64,000 bases of DNA from Alphaproteobacteria bacterium (lineage in GTDB: Bacteria; Pseudomonadota; Alphaproteobacteria; GCA-2731375), in NCBI GenBank assembly GCA_965225945.1, contig CBDDBZ010000039.1, positions 352,001 to 416,000 on the forward strand. Reading direction: 5' to 3'. This document shows positions 31,850-42,232 of the stretch, one piece after another; positions within the stretch are counted from its first letter, which is position 1, and the number at the start of each line of letters is the position of its first letter. Below the pieces are notes generated by a model, which saw only the letters and a program-made list of their open reading frames with translations, was not told the origin of the DNA and did not search any database. The position numbers and the translations under genes were made by a program.

Positions 31850-31904
31850 CATTCATCGAGCTGTCATCAAGCTGTCATTGAGTTGTCATTGAGCTGTCAT
31901 TGCG
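31850..31904 (+). promoter_or_regulatory. Array of 11-bp-period CTGTCAT repeats (PHO-box-like)
   Basis: CTGTCAT 31861, CTGTCAT 31872, TTGTCAT 31883, CTGTCAT 31894, plus degenerate CATTCAT 31850. Confidence 0.7.
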
Positions 31905-32011
31905 CCATCACGCCCGCGCCTCGCGTCACGTCCCGGGGGCCGAGCATGCGACGGTTCGCCGCTTCGATCAATTCCCTCCCCTGGCCACCCCGGGCGTTGG
32001 CGCGCGCGGCT

Positions 32012-35000
32012 TCAGATGGTGAAGTATTTGGCCTGCGGGTGGTGCAGCACGATGGCCGAGGTCGACTGCTCGGGGTGGAGCTGGTCCTCCTCGCCCATCT
32101 CCAGGCCGATATCGTCGGCGGCCAGCAACGCCAGCAAATGGTGCTGGTCGGCGAGGTTGGGGCAGGCCGGGAAGCCGAAGGAATAGCGCGAGCCGCGGTA
32201 GCCCTGGCTCAGCAGCTTGTCCTTCTCGCGCGCGTCCTCGTGGCCGAAGCCCAGTTCGGCGCGGATCCGGGTATGCACGTATTCCGCCATCGCCTCCGCC
32301 ATCTCGACGCCGAGACCGTGCAGGTAGAGGTAATCGCGGTAGTGGTCGGCATCGAACCATTCCCGCGCGGCCTCGCTCGCGCGCTGGCCCACGGTCACCG
32401 CCTGCAGGGCGACGACATCGCGTTCCGGGGCCGAAACGTCGCGCACGAAGTCGGCCATGCACAGGCCGCCCTGGCGGCGCTGGCGCGGCAGCGCGAAGCG
32501 GGCCACCGCGGCCTCGCCGTCGGCGGCGAACAGCACCAGATCGTCGCCCTCGCTCGCCGCCGGCCAATAGCCGTAGACGGCTTCGGGCGCCAAGATCTCC
32601 TCGGCCTCGCAGCGCGCCACCAGGTCGAGCAGGATCGGCTTCACCTCGGCCTCCGCCCAGGCCATGTATTGCTCCAGTCGGCGGCCCTGCTTGCGGTAGC
32701 CCCAGTGGAACTGATAGAGCATCCGCTCGTTGAGATAGGGCAAGAGATCGCGGATTCTCAAGCCCTCGATTCGCCGGGCGCCGAGGAAGGGGGGGCTCGG
32801 CACCTCGGTCTCGGCCGCCAGCTCGTCGCGCCGGAGGCGGATCTCCTCCGCGTCCACCGGGCGCAGCATGGCCGAGCCTTCGGCCAGTTTGGCGCCGTTG
32901 ACCCGCGGGTGCCGCTTGGCCTGCTGCTCGGCGAGATGGAAATCAAATTCGCCCGCGATCACGCGCGCCATGATGTGGAGCCCGGCAAAGGCGTCCTGGG
33001 CGTAGGCGACCCGACCGTCCTCGCCGTAGGCGGCGCGGCAATCCTCCTCGACATAGCGCCGGGTGAGCGCGGCGCCGCCCAGCAGGACCGGGATATCCAG
33101 CCCCTGGCGGGCCATCTCCTGGAGGTTCTCTCGCATTACCACGGTCGACTTGACCAGCAGGCCGGACATGCCGATGGCGTCGGCCCCGTGCTCCCGCACC
33201 GCCTCCAAGATATTGGCGATCGGCTGCTTGATGCCGAGGTTCACCACCTCGTAGCCGTTGTTGGTGAGGATGATGTCGACCAGGTTCTTGCCGATGTCGT
33301 GCACGTCGCCCCTGACCGTGGCGACGACGATGGTGCCCTTCCGCGCGCCCTCGCTCCGGTCCATGTGGGGCTCCAGGTAAGCCACCGCCTTCTTCATCGT
33401 CTCGGCCGATTGCAACACGAAGGGAAGCTGCATTTGCCCGGAGCCGAACAGCTCGCCGACCACCTTCATGCCGTCGAGCAGGAATTCGTTGATGATGGTG
33501 AGCGGCGGATGGCGGCTGAGCGCCTCGTCCAGATCGGTCTCCAGGCCCAGGCGCTCGCCATCGATGATGCGGCGCGTCAGCCGATCCTCGACCGCCGCCG
33601 GTAGCGGCACCTCCACGCGCGGTCCCTCGCGATCCTCAAACAGCGCGATGTAGGCATGCAAGGGATCATAGTCGGGGCCCCGTCGGTCGAAGATCAGGTC
33701 CTCGGCGATGCGCCGGTCTTCCTCCGGAATCGCGTGCAGGGGACGGATTTTGCTCGCGTGCAGGATCGCCCCGGTCATGCCGCGCTTCAGGGCATGGTCG
33801 AGGAACACCGAATTGAGAACGTGGCGGGCCGCCGGCTTCAGTCCGAAGGAGATGTTGGAGAGGCCGAGGATGATCTGAGAGCGCGGCATCTCCCGGGCGA
33901 TGGCCTCGATCGCCTCCAAGGTCCACAGGCCCAGCTTGCGGTCGTCCTCGTTGCCGGTGCAGATGGTGAAGGTCAGCGGATCGAACAGCAGATCCTCCGG
34001 CGCCAGACCGTGTCGCTCGACGGCGAAAGCGTACAGCCGGCGGGCGATCCGAAGCTTCGCGTCGACCTCTTTCGCCATGCCGTCCTCGTCGATGGTGAGG
34101 GCGATGACGCCGGCGCCGAATTTGGCCGCGAGCTCGAGGCGACGGGCCGGCGGGTCCTCGCCATCCTCGAAATTGATCGAGTTGATCAGCGCCTTGCCGC
34201 CGTAGAGCTTCAGGGCCGTCTCGATCACCACCAGCTCGGTCGAGTCGATCACCAGCGGCGCGTCGACCGAGCCCCTGAGCCGCCGCGCGGCCTCGGTCAT
34301 GTCGGCGATCTCGTCGCGGCCGACGAAGGCGGTGCAGAGGTCGAGGGCGTGGCTGCCTTCCCGCGTCTGCTTGCGGCCGATGGCGACGCAGGCATCCCAG
34401 TCCTCGGCCGCCTGGGCCTGGCGAAACTTCCTCGAGCCGTTGGCGTTGCAACGCTCGCCGATCGACAGGAAGGCGTTCTCCTGGGCGTAGGTCACCTGGC
34501 CGTAGAGCGAGGCGATGGCCGGCTGCCAGCGGGGCGAGCGGGCGGCCGGCACCGGCCGTCCCGCCGGCTCGATCTCGCGCAGCAGGCCATCGAGCCTGGC
34601 GGTGTGTTCCGCCGTGGTGCCACAACAGCCGCCGACCATGTTGACCCCGTCCTCGCGGACGAATCGCTCGAGCCAACGGGCCATTTCGTCCGCCGATAGC
34701 GGATAGTGCGGCCGGCCGTCGACCAGTTCCGGCAGACCCGCGTTGGGCTGCACGGAGATCACTCCCGGCCAGTTGCGCCCCAACCAGGCGACATGTTCCG
34801 CCATCTCTTGCGGGCCGGTCGCGCAATTGAGGCCGAGGGCCTCGATCCCGAGCGCATGGACGATGGTCGCGGCGGCCTGAATATCGGTGCCGACGAGCAG
34901 CGTGCCCGTGGTCTCGATCGTGACCTGGCACAGTATCGGAAGTTCGCGCCCGGCCTCGCGGAGCGCCGCGCGGGCGCCGTTCACCGCCGCCTTGAGCTGC

Positions 35001-35491
35001 AGCGGATCCTGCACCGTCTCCACCAGGAAGCCCTCGACGCCGCCTTCCAGCAGACCCGCCGCCTGGATCTGGTAGGCCGCCTCCAATTCGTCGTAGGCGA
35101 TCTGCCCGAGGCTCGGCAGCCGGGTGCCCGGGCCGATGGCGCCGAGCACGAAGCGGCGGCGTCCGTCGCCGCTGTGCGCCTCGACGCTTTCCACCGCCAA
35201 TTCGCCCGCCCGCCGGTTGATCTCGCGCGCGCGGCCGGCCAGGTCGAATTCGCCCAGCGTGATGGGCGAGCCGCCGAAGCTGTTGGTCTGCACGACGTCG
35301 GCGCCGGCCTCGAGATAGCCCCGGTGGATCTCGCGAACGATGTCGGGACGCGAGAGATTGAGGACCTCGGTGCAGTTCTCGCACCCCAAAAAATCCGCCT
35401 CGATATCGAGGTCGAGCATTTGCACTCGGCTGCCGACGGCGCCGTCGCACAGCAGCACGGTATCGCGCATGGCGCTCAGGATGTCGCTCAT
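32012..35491 (-). CDS. metH: Cobalamin-dependent methionine synthase
   Basis: GLNCATGP, GGCCGTT, IGERCNANGS, GDVHDIGKN, RYSFGFPACP, HPEQSTSA. Confidence 0.96.
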   Translation of the reverse strand: MSDILSAMRDTVLLCDGAVGSRVQMLDLDIEADFLGCENCTEVLNLSRPDIVREIHRGYLEAGADVVQTNSFGGSPITLGEFDLAGRAREINRRAGELAVESVEAHSGDGRRRFVLGAIGPGTRLPSLGQIAYDELEAAYQIQAAGLLEGGVEGFLVETVQDPLQLKAAVNGARAALREAGRELPILCQVTIETTGTLLVGTDIQAAATIVHALGIEALGLNCATGPQEMAEHVAWLGRNWPGVISVQPNAGLPELVDGRPHYPLSADEMARWLERFVREDGVNMVGGCCGTTAEHTARLDGLLREIEPAGRPVPAARSPRWQPAIASLYGQVTYAQENAFLSIGERCNANGSRKFRQAQAAEDWDACVAIGRKQTREGSHALDLCTAFVGRDEIADMTEAARRLRGSVDAPLVIDSTELVVIETALKLYGGKALINSINFEDGEDPPARRLELAAKFGAGVIALTIDEDGMAKEVDAKLRIARRLYAFAVERHGLAPEDLLFDPLTFTICTGNEDDRKLGLWTLEAIEAIAREMPRSQIILGLSNISFGLKPAARHVLNSVFLDHALKRGMTGAILHASKIRPLHAIPEEDRRIAEDLIFDRRGPDYDPLHAYIALFEDREGPRVEVPLPAAVEDRLTRRIIDGERLGLETDLDEALSRHPPLTIINEFLLDGMKVVGELFGSGQMQLPFVLQSAETMKKAVAYLEPHMDRSEGARKGTIVVATVRGDVHDIGKNLVDIILTNNGYEVVNLGIKQPIANILEAVREHGADAIGMSGLLVKSTVVMRENLQEMARQGLDIPVLLGGAALTRRYVEEDCRAAYGEDGRVAYAQDAFAGLHIMARVIAGEFDFHLAEQQAKRHPRVNGAKLAEGSAMLRPVDAEEIRLRRDELAAETEVPSPPFLGARRIEGLRIRDLLPYLNERMLYQFHWGYRKQGRRLEQYMAWAEAEVKPILLDLVARCEAEEILAPEAVYGYWPAASEGDDLVLFAADGEAAVARFALPRQRRQGGLCMADFVRDVSAPERDVVALQAVTVGQRASEAAREWFDADHYRDYLYLHGLGVEMAEAMAEYVHTRIRAELGFGHEDAREKDKLLSQGYRGSRYSFGFPACPNLADQHHLLALLAADDIGLEMGEEDQLHPEQSTSAIVLHHPQAKYFTI

Positions 35492-36444
35492 GGGTTGGCG
35501 TCCCCGCTTTGCGCGGCGGCACCCGCCGTCGCCTCCACCGTTGCCTCCCCTGGCGCCCGCATGCCGAGGATGTGACAGATGGCGTAGACCAGGTCGGCGC
35601 GGTTGAGCGTGTAAAAGTGGAACTCGTCGACGCCGGCGCACTGGAGCTGGCGGCACTGTTCGGCGGCGACGGTGGCGGCGATCAACTTGCGGCTCTCGGT
35701 GTCGTCGTCCAGGCCCTCGAAGAGGTGCGCCAGCCATGCCGGCACGCTCGCCCCGCAGGTGGCGGCGAAGCGAACCACGGTGCGGAAGTTGGTCACCGGC
35801 AGGATGCCCGCCACGATCGGCACCCAGATACCGCTCACCCGGGCCCGATCGAGGAAGCGGAGATAGCTCTCGGCGTCGAAGAAGAACTGGGTAATCGCGC
35901 GATCGGCGCCGGCGTCGATCTTGCGCTTGAGGTGGTCGAGGTCGGCCTGCGAGGAGGCGGCGTCGGGATGGATCTCCGGATAGGCGGCGACCGAGATCTC
36001 GAAATCGGCGATTCGCTTCAGTCCGGCCACCAGCTCGGCGGCGTCGGCGTAGCCGTTCGGGTGGGGCGTGAAGGCGGACTGTCCCTCGGGCGGGTCGCCC
36101 CGGAGCGCCACGATATGGCCGACGCCCGCCTCGCGGTAGGCCCGGGCCACCTTATCGACCTCGGCCCGCTCGGCGCCGACGCAGGTGAGATGGGCGGCGA
36201 CGCCCAGATCGGTCTCGCGGACCACGCGGGCGACGGTGCGATGGGTGCGCTCGCGCGTCGTGCCGCCGGCGCCATAGGTTACCGATACGAAGCGCGGCCC
36301 GAGCGGCGCCAGCCGGGTGATCGCCCGCCACAGCGCGGCCTCCATCTCCGGCGTTTTCGGCGGAAAGAACTCGAACGAGACCTCCGGCGGGCCGCCGAGC
36401 GCGGCCAAGCTCGGCCCGGCCGGGCGGGGCGGGGAAAGCGACAT
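35488..36444 (-). CDS. metF: 5,10-methylenetetrahydrofolate reductase
   Basis: VSFEFFPPK, SVTYGAGG, AHLTCV, ALRGDPP, ITQFFF, HFYTLNR. Confidence 0.96.
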   Translation of the reverse strand: MSLSPPRPAGPSLAALGGPPEVSFEFFPPKTPEMEAALWRAITRLAPLGPRFVSVTYGAGGTTRERTHRTVARVVRETDLGVAAHLTCVGAERAEVDKVARAYREAGVGHIVALRGDPPEGQSAFTPHPNGYADAAELVAGLKRIADFEISVAAYPEIHPDAASSQADLDHLKRKIDAGADRAITQFFFDAESYLRFLDRARVSGIWVPIVAGILPVTNFRTVVRFAATCGASVPAWLAHLFEGLDDDTESRKLIAATVAAEQCRQLQCAGVDEFHFYTLNRADLVYAICHILGMRAPGEATVEATAGAAAQSGDANP

Positions 36445-37415
36445 CAGGCGGAAATCTCCTGCTCGGCCCCGACCCGTCGAGAGCCCGTCACCGGGCGCCG
36501 GGCGGGCCAGACCTTCACGGTGAGCGGATGGCCGGCGAGGCCCACCGGCGCGCGGGCCTCGAGGCCGGCGCCGAGGAGCCACTGGGCGACGTCGGCATCG
36601 TCGAAGCCGAGCCAACGATGCTGGTGATCGCGGCGCAGGAAGTCCTCGCCATGGGCGGCGAAGTCGACGACGGCGAGGTGCCCGCCCGGCCGCAGCACCC
36701 GCGCCGCCTCCTCGATCGAGGCCCGGGGATCATCGAGAAAGTGCAAGACCTGGTGGACGACGACGGCATCCTGCGTGGCGCCGGCGAAGGGCAGGTTGTA
36801 GAGATCGCCGTGCCGGACTTGGCAATGGCGAACGTCCACCTGCTCCAGCTTGGCGCGGGCGACGCGCAGCATCTCGTGGCTGAGATCGATGCCGACGCCG
36901 CGGCCGATGAGGGGTGCGAAGATCTCCAGGATCCGCCCGGTGCCGGTGCCGATGTCGAGAAAATCCTCGATTTTCTCGTCGGCGAAGATCTCCAGCAGCA
37001 CCGCCTCGACCTCGGCTTCCGGCACGTAGAGGCCGCGAATGCGGTCCCAGCTATCGGCGTTGGCGCGGAAATAGTCGGCGGCGACGCGGGCGCGGGCGGC
37101 CTTGACCGCCTCCAGCCGCTCCATGTCGAGCGCCAGGACGGCATCGTTCTCCGGCAGGAGGTCGATCAGGACGTGGGCGAGCTCGGCGCAGGCGCCCTGC
37201 TCGGACAATCGATAGAACGCCCAGGTGCCCTCCCGGTGACGGGTCAGCAGCCCCGCCTCGCACAATAGCTTCAGATGGCGCGAGACCCGTGGCTGGCTCT
37301 GCCCCAGGATCTGGGTCAGTTCCGTCACCGTGAGTTCGGCATAGGCGCTGATCGCCAGCAGGCGCAGCCGGGTCGGCTCCGCCGCCGCCTTCATTGCCGA
37401 TAGGATACGCTCCAT
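36444..37415 (-). CDS. sahR: ArsR HTH + SAM-methyltransferase fusion regulator (SahR-like)
   Basis: ArsR HTH QSQPRVSRHLKLL, LDIGTGTG, HQVLHFL; heads the metF-metH operon. Confidence 0.85.
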   Translation of the reverse strand: MERILSAMKAAAEPTRLRLLAISAYAELTVTELTQILGQSQPRVSRHLKLLCEAGLLTRHREGTWAFYRLSEQGACAELAHVLIDLLPENDAVLALDMERLEAVKAARARVAADYFRANADSWDRIRGLYVPEAEVEAVLLEIFADEKIEDFLDIGTGTGRILEIFAPLIGRGVGIDLSHEMLRVARAKLEQVDVRHCQVRHGDLYNLPFAGATQDAVVVHQVLHFLDDPRASIEEAARVLRPGGHLAVVDFAAHGEDFLRRDHQHRWLGFDDADVAQWLLGAGLEARAPVGLAGHPLTVKVWPARRPVTGSRRVGAEQEISA

Positions 37416-37462
37416 GCTTCTCTCCACCCCGGAGCGCCATCCTTCGCCCCACGACACAGCAA

Positions 37463-37484
37463 GATATAAAGATATTTTTATATC
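37463..37484. promoter_or_regulatory. Palindromic SahR-like operator
   Basis: GATATAAA-GATATT-TTTATATC with perfect 8-bp arms, about 48 bp upstream of the regulator start. Confidence 0.8.
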
Positions 37485-37950
37485 ATTGGCAAATGATTAA
37501 TGCCGATTGACATAATCGCGGGCACCGGAGTCGCCCGGACGGGACCCCGCGAGCCAAGGGCAGCGGCTCCCGGCCGGTGGCACCGGCGCGCAACTCGATC
37601 CCGTCGATGGCGAAAATGTCCCTCGGCTACGCCTTGGTATGCTTTATTCCGGGTTGATTTGGCCAAATCCGCCCTCGAGGCGGCTCGGCGGACCGATTTG
37701 CGAGCTTCCGGGCAACTCCGGCCCGGTAATTTGCAAACCGACAGAGACATGAAAATTCGGCCCGGGCCGCCCCGGGCCGCGGTTCCGCCGACTCGAAAAG
37801 GTGGGGAAGTATCCCGAGCGCGGCGAAGGACGGCTTCACCGGGATCGATCTAGCCACGCGGGGGGAGATGTGTTAGCACTTTCTTGGGCAAAGTCGTACA
37901 TGCTGGGAGAGCGTGGGGCCGCGGTTGGCCCGAGTTTGGAGGGAGATCGG

Positions 37951-38841
37951 ATGCCGGTCGTACGCCGACGTCATGGCGATGTCTCGCGTGATGTCGCCCC
38001 GTCGCCTCTCGGCGTGCCGCTTCGCTGGCTGGCCCTCGGCTTGGCGCTGAGCTTGGCCGCGTGCGCGACGCCGCCGCCGCTGGACGACGAGGTCGCCATC
38101 GCCGCCTATGAGGAGGCGAACGATCCCCTGGAGCCGATGAACCGGACCATCTTCGAGATCAACCAGGGTCTCGACGCGGCGATATTGAAGCCCCTGGCGC
38201 TGGCCTATCGGATGCTCTTTTCCGACGACATTCGCAACGGCGTGCGCAACATTACCCGCAATCTCAACACGCCGCGGAACTTTATCCACGACGTGCTCCA
38301 GGGCGAGCCGGAACGCGCCCGCGACAGCGCCGCACGCTTCGCCGTCAACAGTCTGGCGGGTGCCGGTGGCATGCTCGACGTGATGGCGATGGACACCGGC
38401 GTCGAGGCCGAGGCGATCGCCTATCACGACGAGGATTTGGGTCAGACGTTCGGCGTCTGGGGCATCGGCGAGGGCCCCTATCTCATGCTGCCGCTGTTCG
38501 GGCCGTCCAACGTCAGGGATGCCGTCGGGAAGGTCGGCGACATCTTTCTCGATCCCTTCCGCTACCTCATGCCCAACAACGTAGACACCGCTTTCAGCCT
38601 CTCCCGCAGGATCGCCGGCGGCATCGATACGCGCAGTCGACTGATCGAGGCGCTGGACGAGATCGAGCGCACCTCCATCGATTTCTACGTGACGATCCGC
38701 AGCCTCTATCGCCAGCATCGCGCGGCCGAGATTCTCAACGACGCCGATGGCGCCCTGGCGCCCGCGCCGGATATCGCCATCGAGTTCGAGGAAGACGAGG
38801 AGGTCGATCGAAAGCGGGTCTCACGGGCAACCACGAACTGA
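37951..38841 (+). CDS. mlaA: MlaA/VacJ lipoprotein
   Basis: Lipobox LAAC, DPLEPMNR, EDLGQTFGVWG, YLMLPLFGPSNVRD. Confidence 0.92.
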   Translation: MPVVRRRHGDVSRDVAPSPLGVPLRWLALGLALSLAACATPPPLDDEVAIAAYEEANDPLEPMNRTIFEINQGLDAAILKPLALAYRMLFSDDIRNGVRNITRNLNTPRNFIHDVLQGEPERARDSAARFAVNSLAGAGGMLDVMAMDTGVEAEAIAYHDEDLGQTFGVWGIGEGPYLMLPLFGPSNVRDAVGKVGDIFLDPFRYLMPNNVDTAFSLSRRIAGGIDTRSRLIEALDEIERTSIDFYVTIRSLYRQHRAAEILNDADGALAPAPDIAIEFEEDEEVDRKRVSRATTN

Positions 38842-38853
38842 TCGAGGCGCGAT

Positions 38854-39468
38854 ATGCGGCGTATCCTGGCTTATTTCGTTCCCATCCTGGTCCTGCTGGC
38901 GGTGGCGCTGGCGAGCGACCCGGCGCGCGCCATCGCGCCGGGCGAAGCCAGCAAGTTCGTCGACGATCTCGGCGGCAGCGCGATCCGGACCCTCGGCGAC
39001 ATCGGTTTGAACGACAAGCAACGTCAGGCGGCGCTCAGGGAATTGCTACGCCAGGGCTTCGCCCTCAAGGGCATCGGCAAGTTCGTGCTGGGGCGACATT
39101 GGCGGGGCGCCAGCAAGGCGCAGCGCAAACGCTACCTGAAACTCTTCGAGGCCTTCATTCTTGACAGCTACGGCGCGCGCTTCTCGCAGTATTCCGGCCA
39201 GACGATCGAGGTGGTGGGCGAGCGGGCCGACGGCGCCAACGGCCGTGTGGTCACCAGCAAGATCCGCCGTGGCGACGGCTCGATCCTCAAGGTCCAATGG
39301 CGGGTCCGCGAGGCCAGGTCGCGGCTGATGATCGTCGACATGGTGGTGGACGGCGTCAGCCTCGCGATCACCCAGCGCGCCGAGATGGCGGCCGTGATGC
39401 AGCAGAAGAAGGGCAACCTCGACGCCCTGCTCGACGAGATCGAGAGCAAGATCAAGGACCTGGAGTAG
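38854..39468 (+). CDS. mlaC: MlaC/Ttg2D periplasmic lipid-binding protein
   Basis: FVLGRHWR, IVDMVVDGVSLAITQRAE. Confidence 0.9.
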   Translation: MRRILAYFVPILVLLAVALASDPARAIAPGEASKFVDDLGGSAIRTLGDIGLNDKQRQAALRELLRQGFALKGIGKFVLGRHWRGASKAQRKRYLKLFEAFILDSYGARFSQYSGQTIEVVGERADGANGRVVTSKIRRGDGSILKVQWRVREARSRLMIVDMVVDGVSLAITQRAEMAAVMQQKKGNLDALLDEIESKIKDLE

Positions 39469-39544
39469 CTCCCCGTCAATTATCCCAACCGACGTAAGGC
39501 GTGACCGCATGGCCGGCGCCCCGCGCCGGGTGTAGGCTCGTCCC

Positions 39545-40483
39545 ATGGAGCTCGTTCACGCACGCTCGAAGCTGTTGCCGGCGGATATGGTTCGGGCCTT
39601 GGCGGCGCGCTCGGACGGCGCGGCGGCGGTACGGCTCGGGCTCCACCTGGCCTTGCTCGCCGCCGCCGGGACGCTCACCTGGCATGCCCTCGGCACCTGG
39701 CTGTTGTTGCCGGCGATGGTCAGCCAAGGCGTGCTGCAGGTCTCGCTCTTCGCCGCTCTGCACGAATGCGTCCATCGCACCGCCTTTCGCTCGCGCCGGG
39801 CGAACGATTCCGTGGCTGCGGCAATCGGCCTCATAGCGGTGCTGCCGGCGGGCTTCTTCCGCCGCTTCCATTATGCCCACCACCGCTTCACCCAGGACCC
39901 GGCGCGCGATCCGGAACTGGCGGCGCCCAAGCCCGAGACCCCGGCCGGGTACGCCCGCCAGGTCTCCGGCTGGAACTATTGGCGCGACCGGGCGCGGGAG
40001 TTGGTCGGCCACGCCCGAGGCCATGTCGGCGCCGATTTCGTGCCCCGGGCCGAGCGCCGGGCGGTCGTGGTGGAGGCGCGCCGCCATCTCGCCCTCTACG
40101 CCGTGGTCGGCCTCGCCGCCCTCCTGCTCGGCCGGTGGGAACCGCTCGCTCTCTGGCTGGGGCCGGCGATCCTGGGCCAGCCCTTGCTTCGCCTCTACCT
40201 GCTGGCGGAACACACCGGCTGCCAGCTCGGTCCCGACATGGTGAGGAACAGCCGCACGACGCTGGCCGGCTGGCCGACGCGCCTGTTGATGTGGAACATG
40301 CCCTATCACGTGGAGCACCACGTCTACCCGGCGGTACCGTTCCATGCGCTCCCGCGCCTGCACGCCCTAATGGCCGACCGACTGATCGAGACGGCGCCCA
40401 GCCATGCCGCCTTCCACGTGCGCTACTGGCGGGCGATCCGCGCCGGCACGGGCGCCCATTTCACCCGCTGGGTCCGCGGTTGA
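39545..40483 (+). CDS. Membrane fatty-acid desaturase-family (MocD-like) di-iron oxygenase
   Basis: His boxes HECVH, HYAHH, HVEHH; AEHTG. Confidence 0.88.
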   Translation: MELVHARSKLLPADMVRALAARSDGAAAVRLGLHLALLAAAGTLTWHALGTWLLLPAMVSQGVLQVSLFAALHECVHRTAFRSRRANDSVAAAIGLIAVLPAGFFRRFHYAHHRFTQDPARDPELAAPKPETPAGYARQVSGWNYWRDRARELVGHARGHVGADFVPRAERRAVVVEARRHLALYAVVGLAALLLGRWEPLALWLGPAILGQPLLRLYLLAEHTGCQLGPDMVRNSRTTLAGWPTRLLMWNMPYHVEHHVYPAVPFHALPRLHALMADRLIETAPSHAAFHVRYWRAIRAGTGAHFTRWVRG

Positions 40484-40523
40484 GGCGCGCCGCGCCAAAT
40501 TCCGAATCAGAGGAATCGCCCCG

Positions 40524-42198
40524 ATGACCGCGCCCGACCGCTTCGACAATACCCGGCGGATCTGCAGCCCTCGGGGCTCTACCCTCGACTGCCCGGAGTT
40601 GGCTCACCGAGGCGCCGCTCCGCATGCTGATGAACAATCTCGACGCCGAGGTCGCCGAGCGGCCGGAGGAGCTGGTGGTCTATGGCGGCATCGGCCGTGC
40701 GGCGCGCGACTGGGCCTGCTACGACGCAATCGTCGCCTGCCTCGCGGAACTGGCGGCGGACGAGACTCTGCTGGTGCAGTCGGGCAAGCCCGTCGGCGTC
40801 TTCCGCACCCACGAGGACGCGCCCCGCGTGCTGATCGCCAACTCGAACCTGGTCGGCCAATGGGCGACCTGGGATCACTTCCATGAATTAGACCGGGCCG
40901 GTCTGATGATGTACGGGCAGATGACGGCGGGATCGTGGATCTACATCGGCAGCCAGGGGATCATCCAGGGCACCTACGAGACCTTCGTCGAGGCCGGCCG
41001 CCAGCACTATGGCGGCGATCTTGCCGGCCGCTGGATCCTGACCGGCGGGCTCGGCGGCATGGGCGGCGCGTAGCCCTTGGCCGCGACCATGGCGGGGGCC
41101 TCGATACTCTGTGTCGAGGCCAGGGCGGAGCCTATCGAACGGCGGATCGCGAAGGGCTATCTCGATCGCTGGACCGCCGACCTGGAGCAAGCGCTGGGCT
41201 GGATCGAGGCCGCGTGCGCGGCGCGCGAGGCGGTCTCCGTCGGCCTTCTCGGCAACGCCGCCGAGGTCTTTCCCGAGCTGGTGGCGCGTGGCGTCCAGCC
41301 CGATATCGTCACCGACCAGACAGCGGCGCACGACCCGCTGAACGGCTACCTGCCGGCCGGCTGGACGGTGGCCGAGTGGGAGGTACTGCGGAACAGCGAG
41401 CCGGCCCGGGTGATCGCCGCCGCCAAGGACTCGATGGCGCTGCAGGTGCGCGCCATGCTGGCCTTCCACCGGGCCGGCGTGCCGACACTCGATTATGGCA
41501 ACAACATCCGCCAGTTCGCGAGGGAGACGGGGGTCGCCGACGCCTTCGACTTTCCCGGCTTCGTGCCGGCCTATATCCGGCCGATGTTCTGTCGCGGCCG
41601 GGGCCCGTTCCGCTGGGTGGCGCTCTCGGGCGAGGCAGCGGACATCCACAAGACCGACGAGGCGGTGAAGGCGCTGGTCGACGACCCCCACCTCCACCAT
41701 TGGCTCGACATGGCGCGGCAACGAATTCCCTTCCAGGGACTGCCGTCCAGGATCTGCTGGCTCGGCTTGGGCGAGCGGGCGCGGGTCGGCCTCGCCTTCA
41801 ATCGGCTGGTGGCCTCGGGCGAGTTGGCGGCGCCGATCGTGATCGGCCGCGACCATCTCGATTCGGGCTCCGTCGCCAGCCCCAACCGCGAGACCGAGGC
41901 GATGCGCGACGGCTCCGACGCGGTGGCTGACTGGCCGCTGCTGAACGCGCTGCTGAACTGCGCCAGCGGCGCCACCTGGGTCTCGATCCACCACGGCGGC
42001 GGGGTCGGCATCGGCTATTCGCAACACGCCGGCATGGTGGTGGTGTGCGACGGCACCGAGGCGGCAGCCCGCCGGCTGGAGCGGGTGCTGAGCAACGATC
42101 CGGCCAGCGGCGTCATGCGCCACGCCGACGCCGGCTACGAAGACGCCATCGCCTGTGCCCGCGAACACGAGCTGAACCTGCCGATGCTCGATGGCTAG
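40524..42198 (+). pseudogene. hutU: Urocanate hydratase with frameshift and nonsense mutation
   Basis: Extra C near 40592 ([21 protein letters not shown]); TAG at 41071-41073 inside the conserved GGMGGA(Q)PLA; [18 protein letters not shown] intact. Confidence 0.92.
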
Positions 42199-42232
42199 TG
42201 GAGCGGGCGGCCCGGGCGAGGGAGAGCTATCG

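Noticed and set aside
15779-31904. CRISPR array (at the 50-bp duplication or the 11-bp repeats)
   Set aside because: No repeat-spacer structure and no cas genes in the window
31019-33604. Long antisense or alternative-frame ORFs (e.g. 31019..33604 +, 18892..21564 +, 13296..15806 +, 60675..63158 +, 56081..58048 +)
   Set aside because: Shadow ORFs expected at high GC; they overlap well-supported genes and have no recognisable motifs
37485-37950. SAM or cobalamin riboswitch upstream of the met operon
   Set aside because: No recognisable riboswitch core by eye, and the palindromic operator already explains regulation; an Rfam scan would settle it
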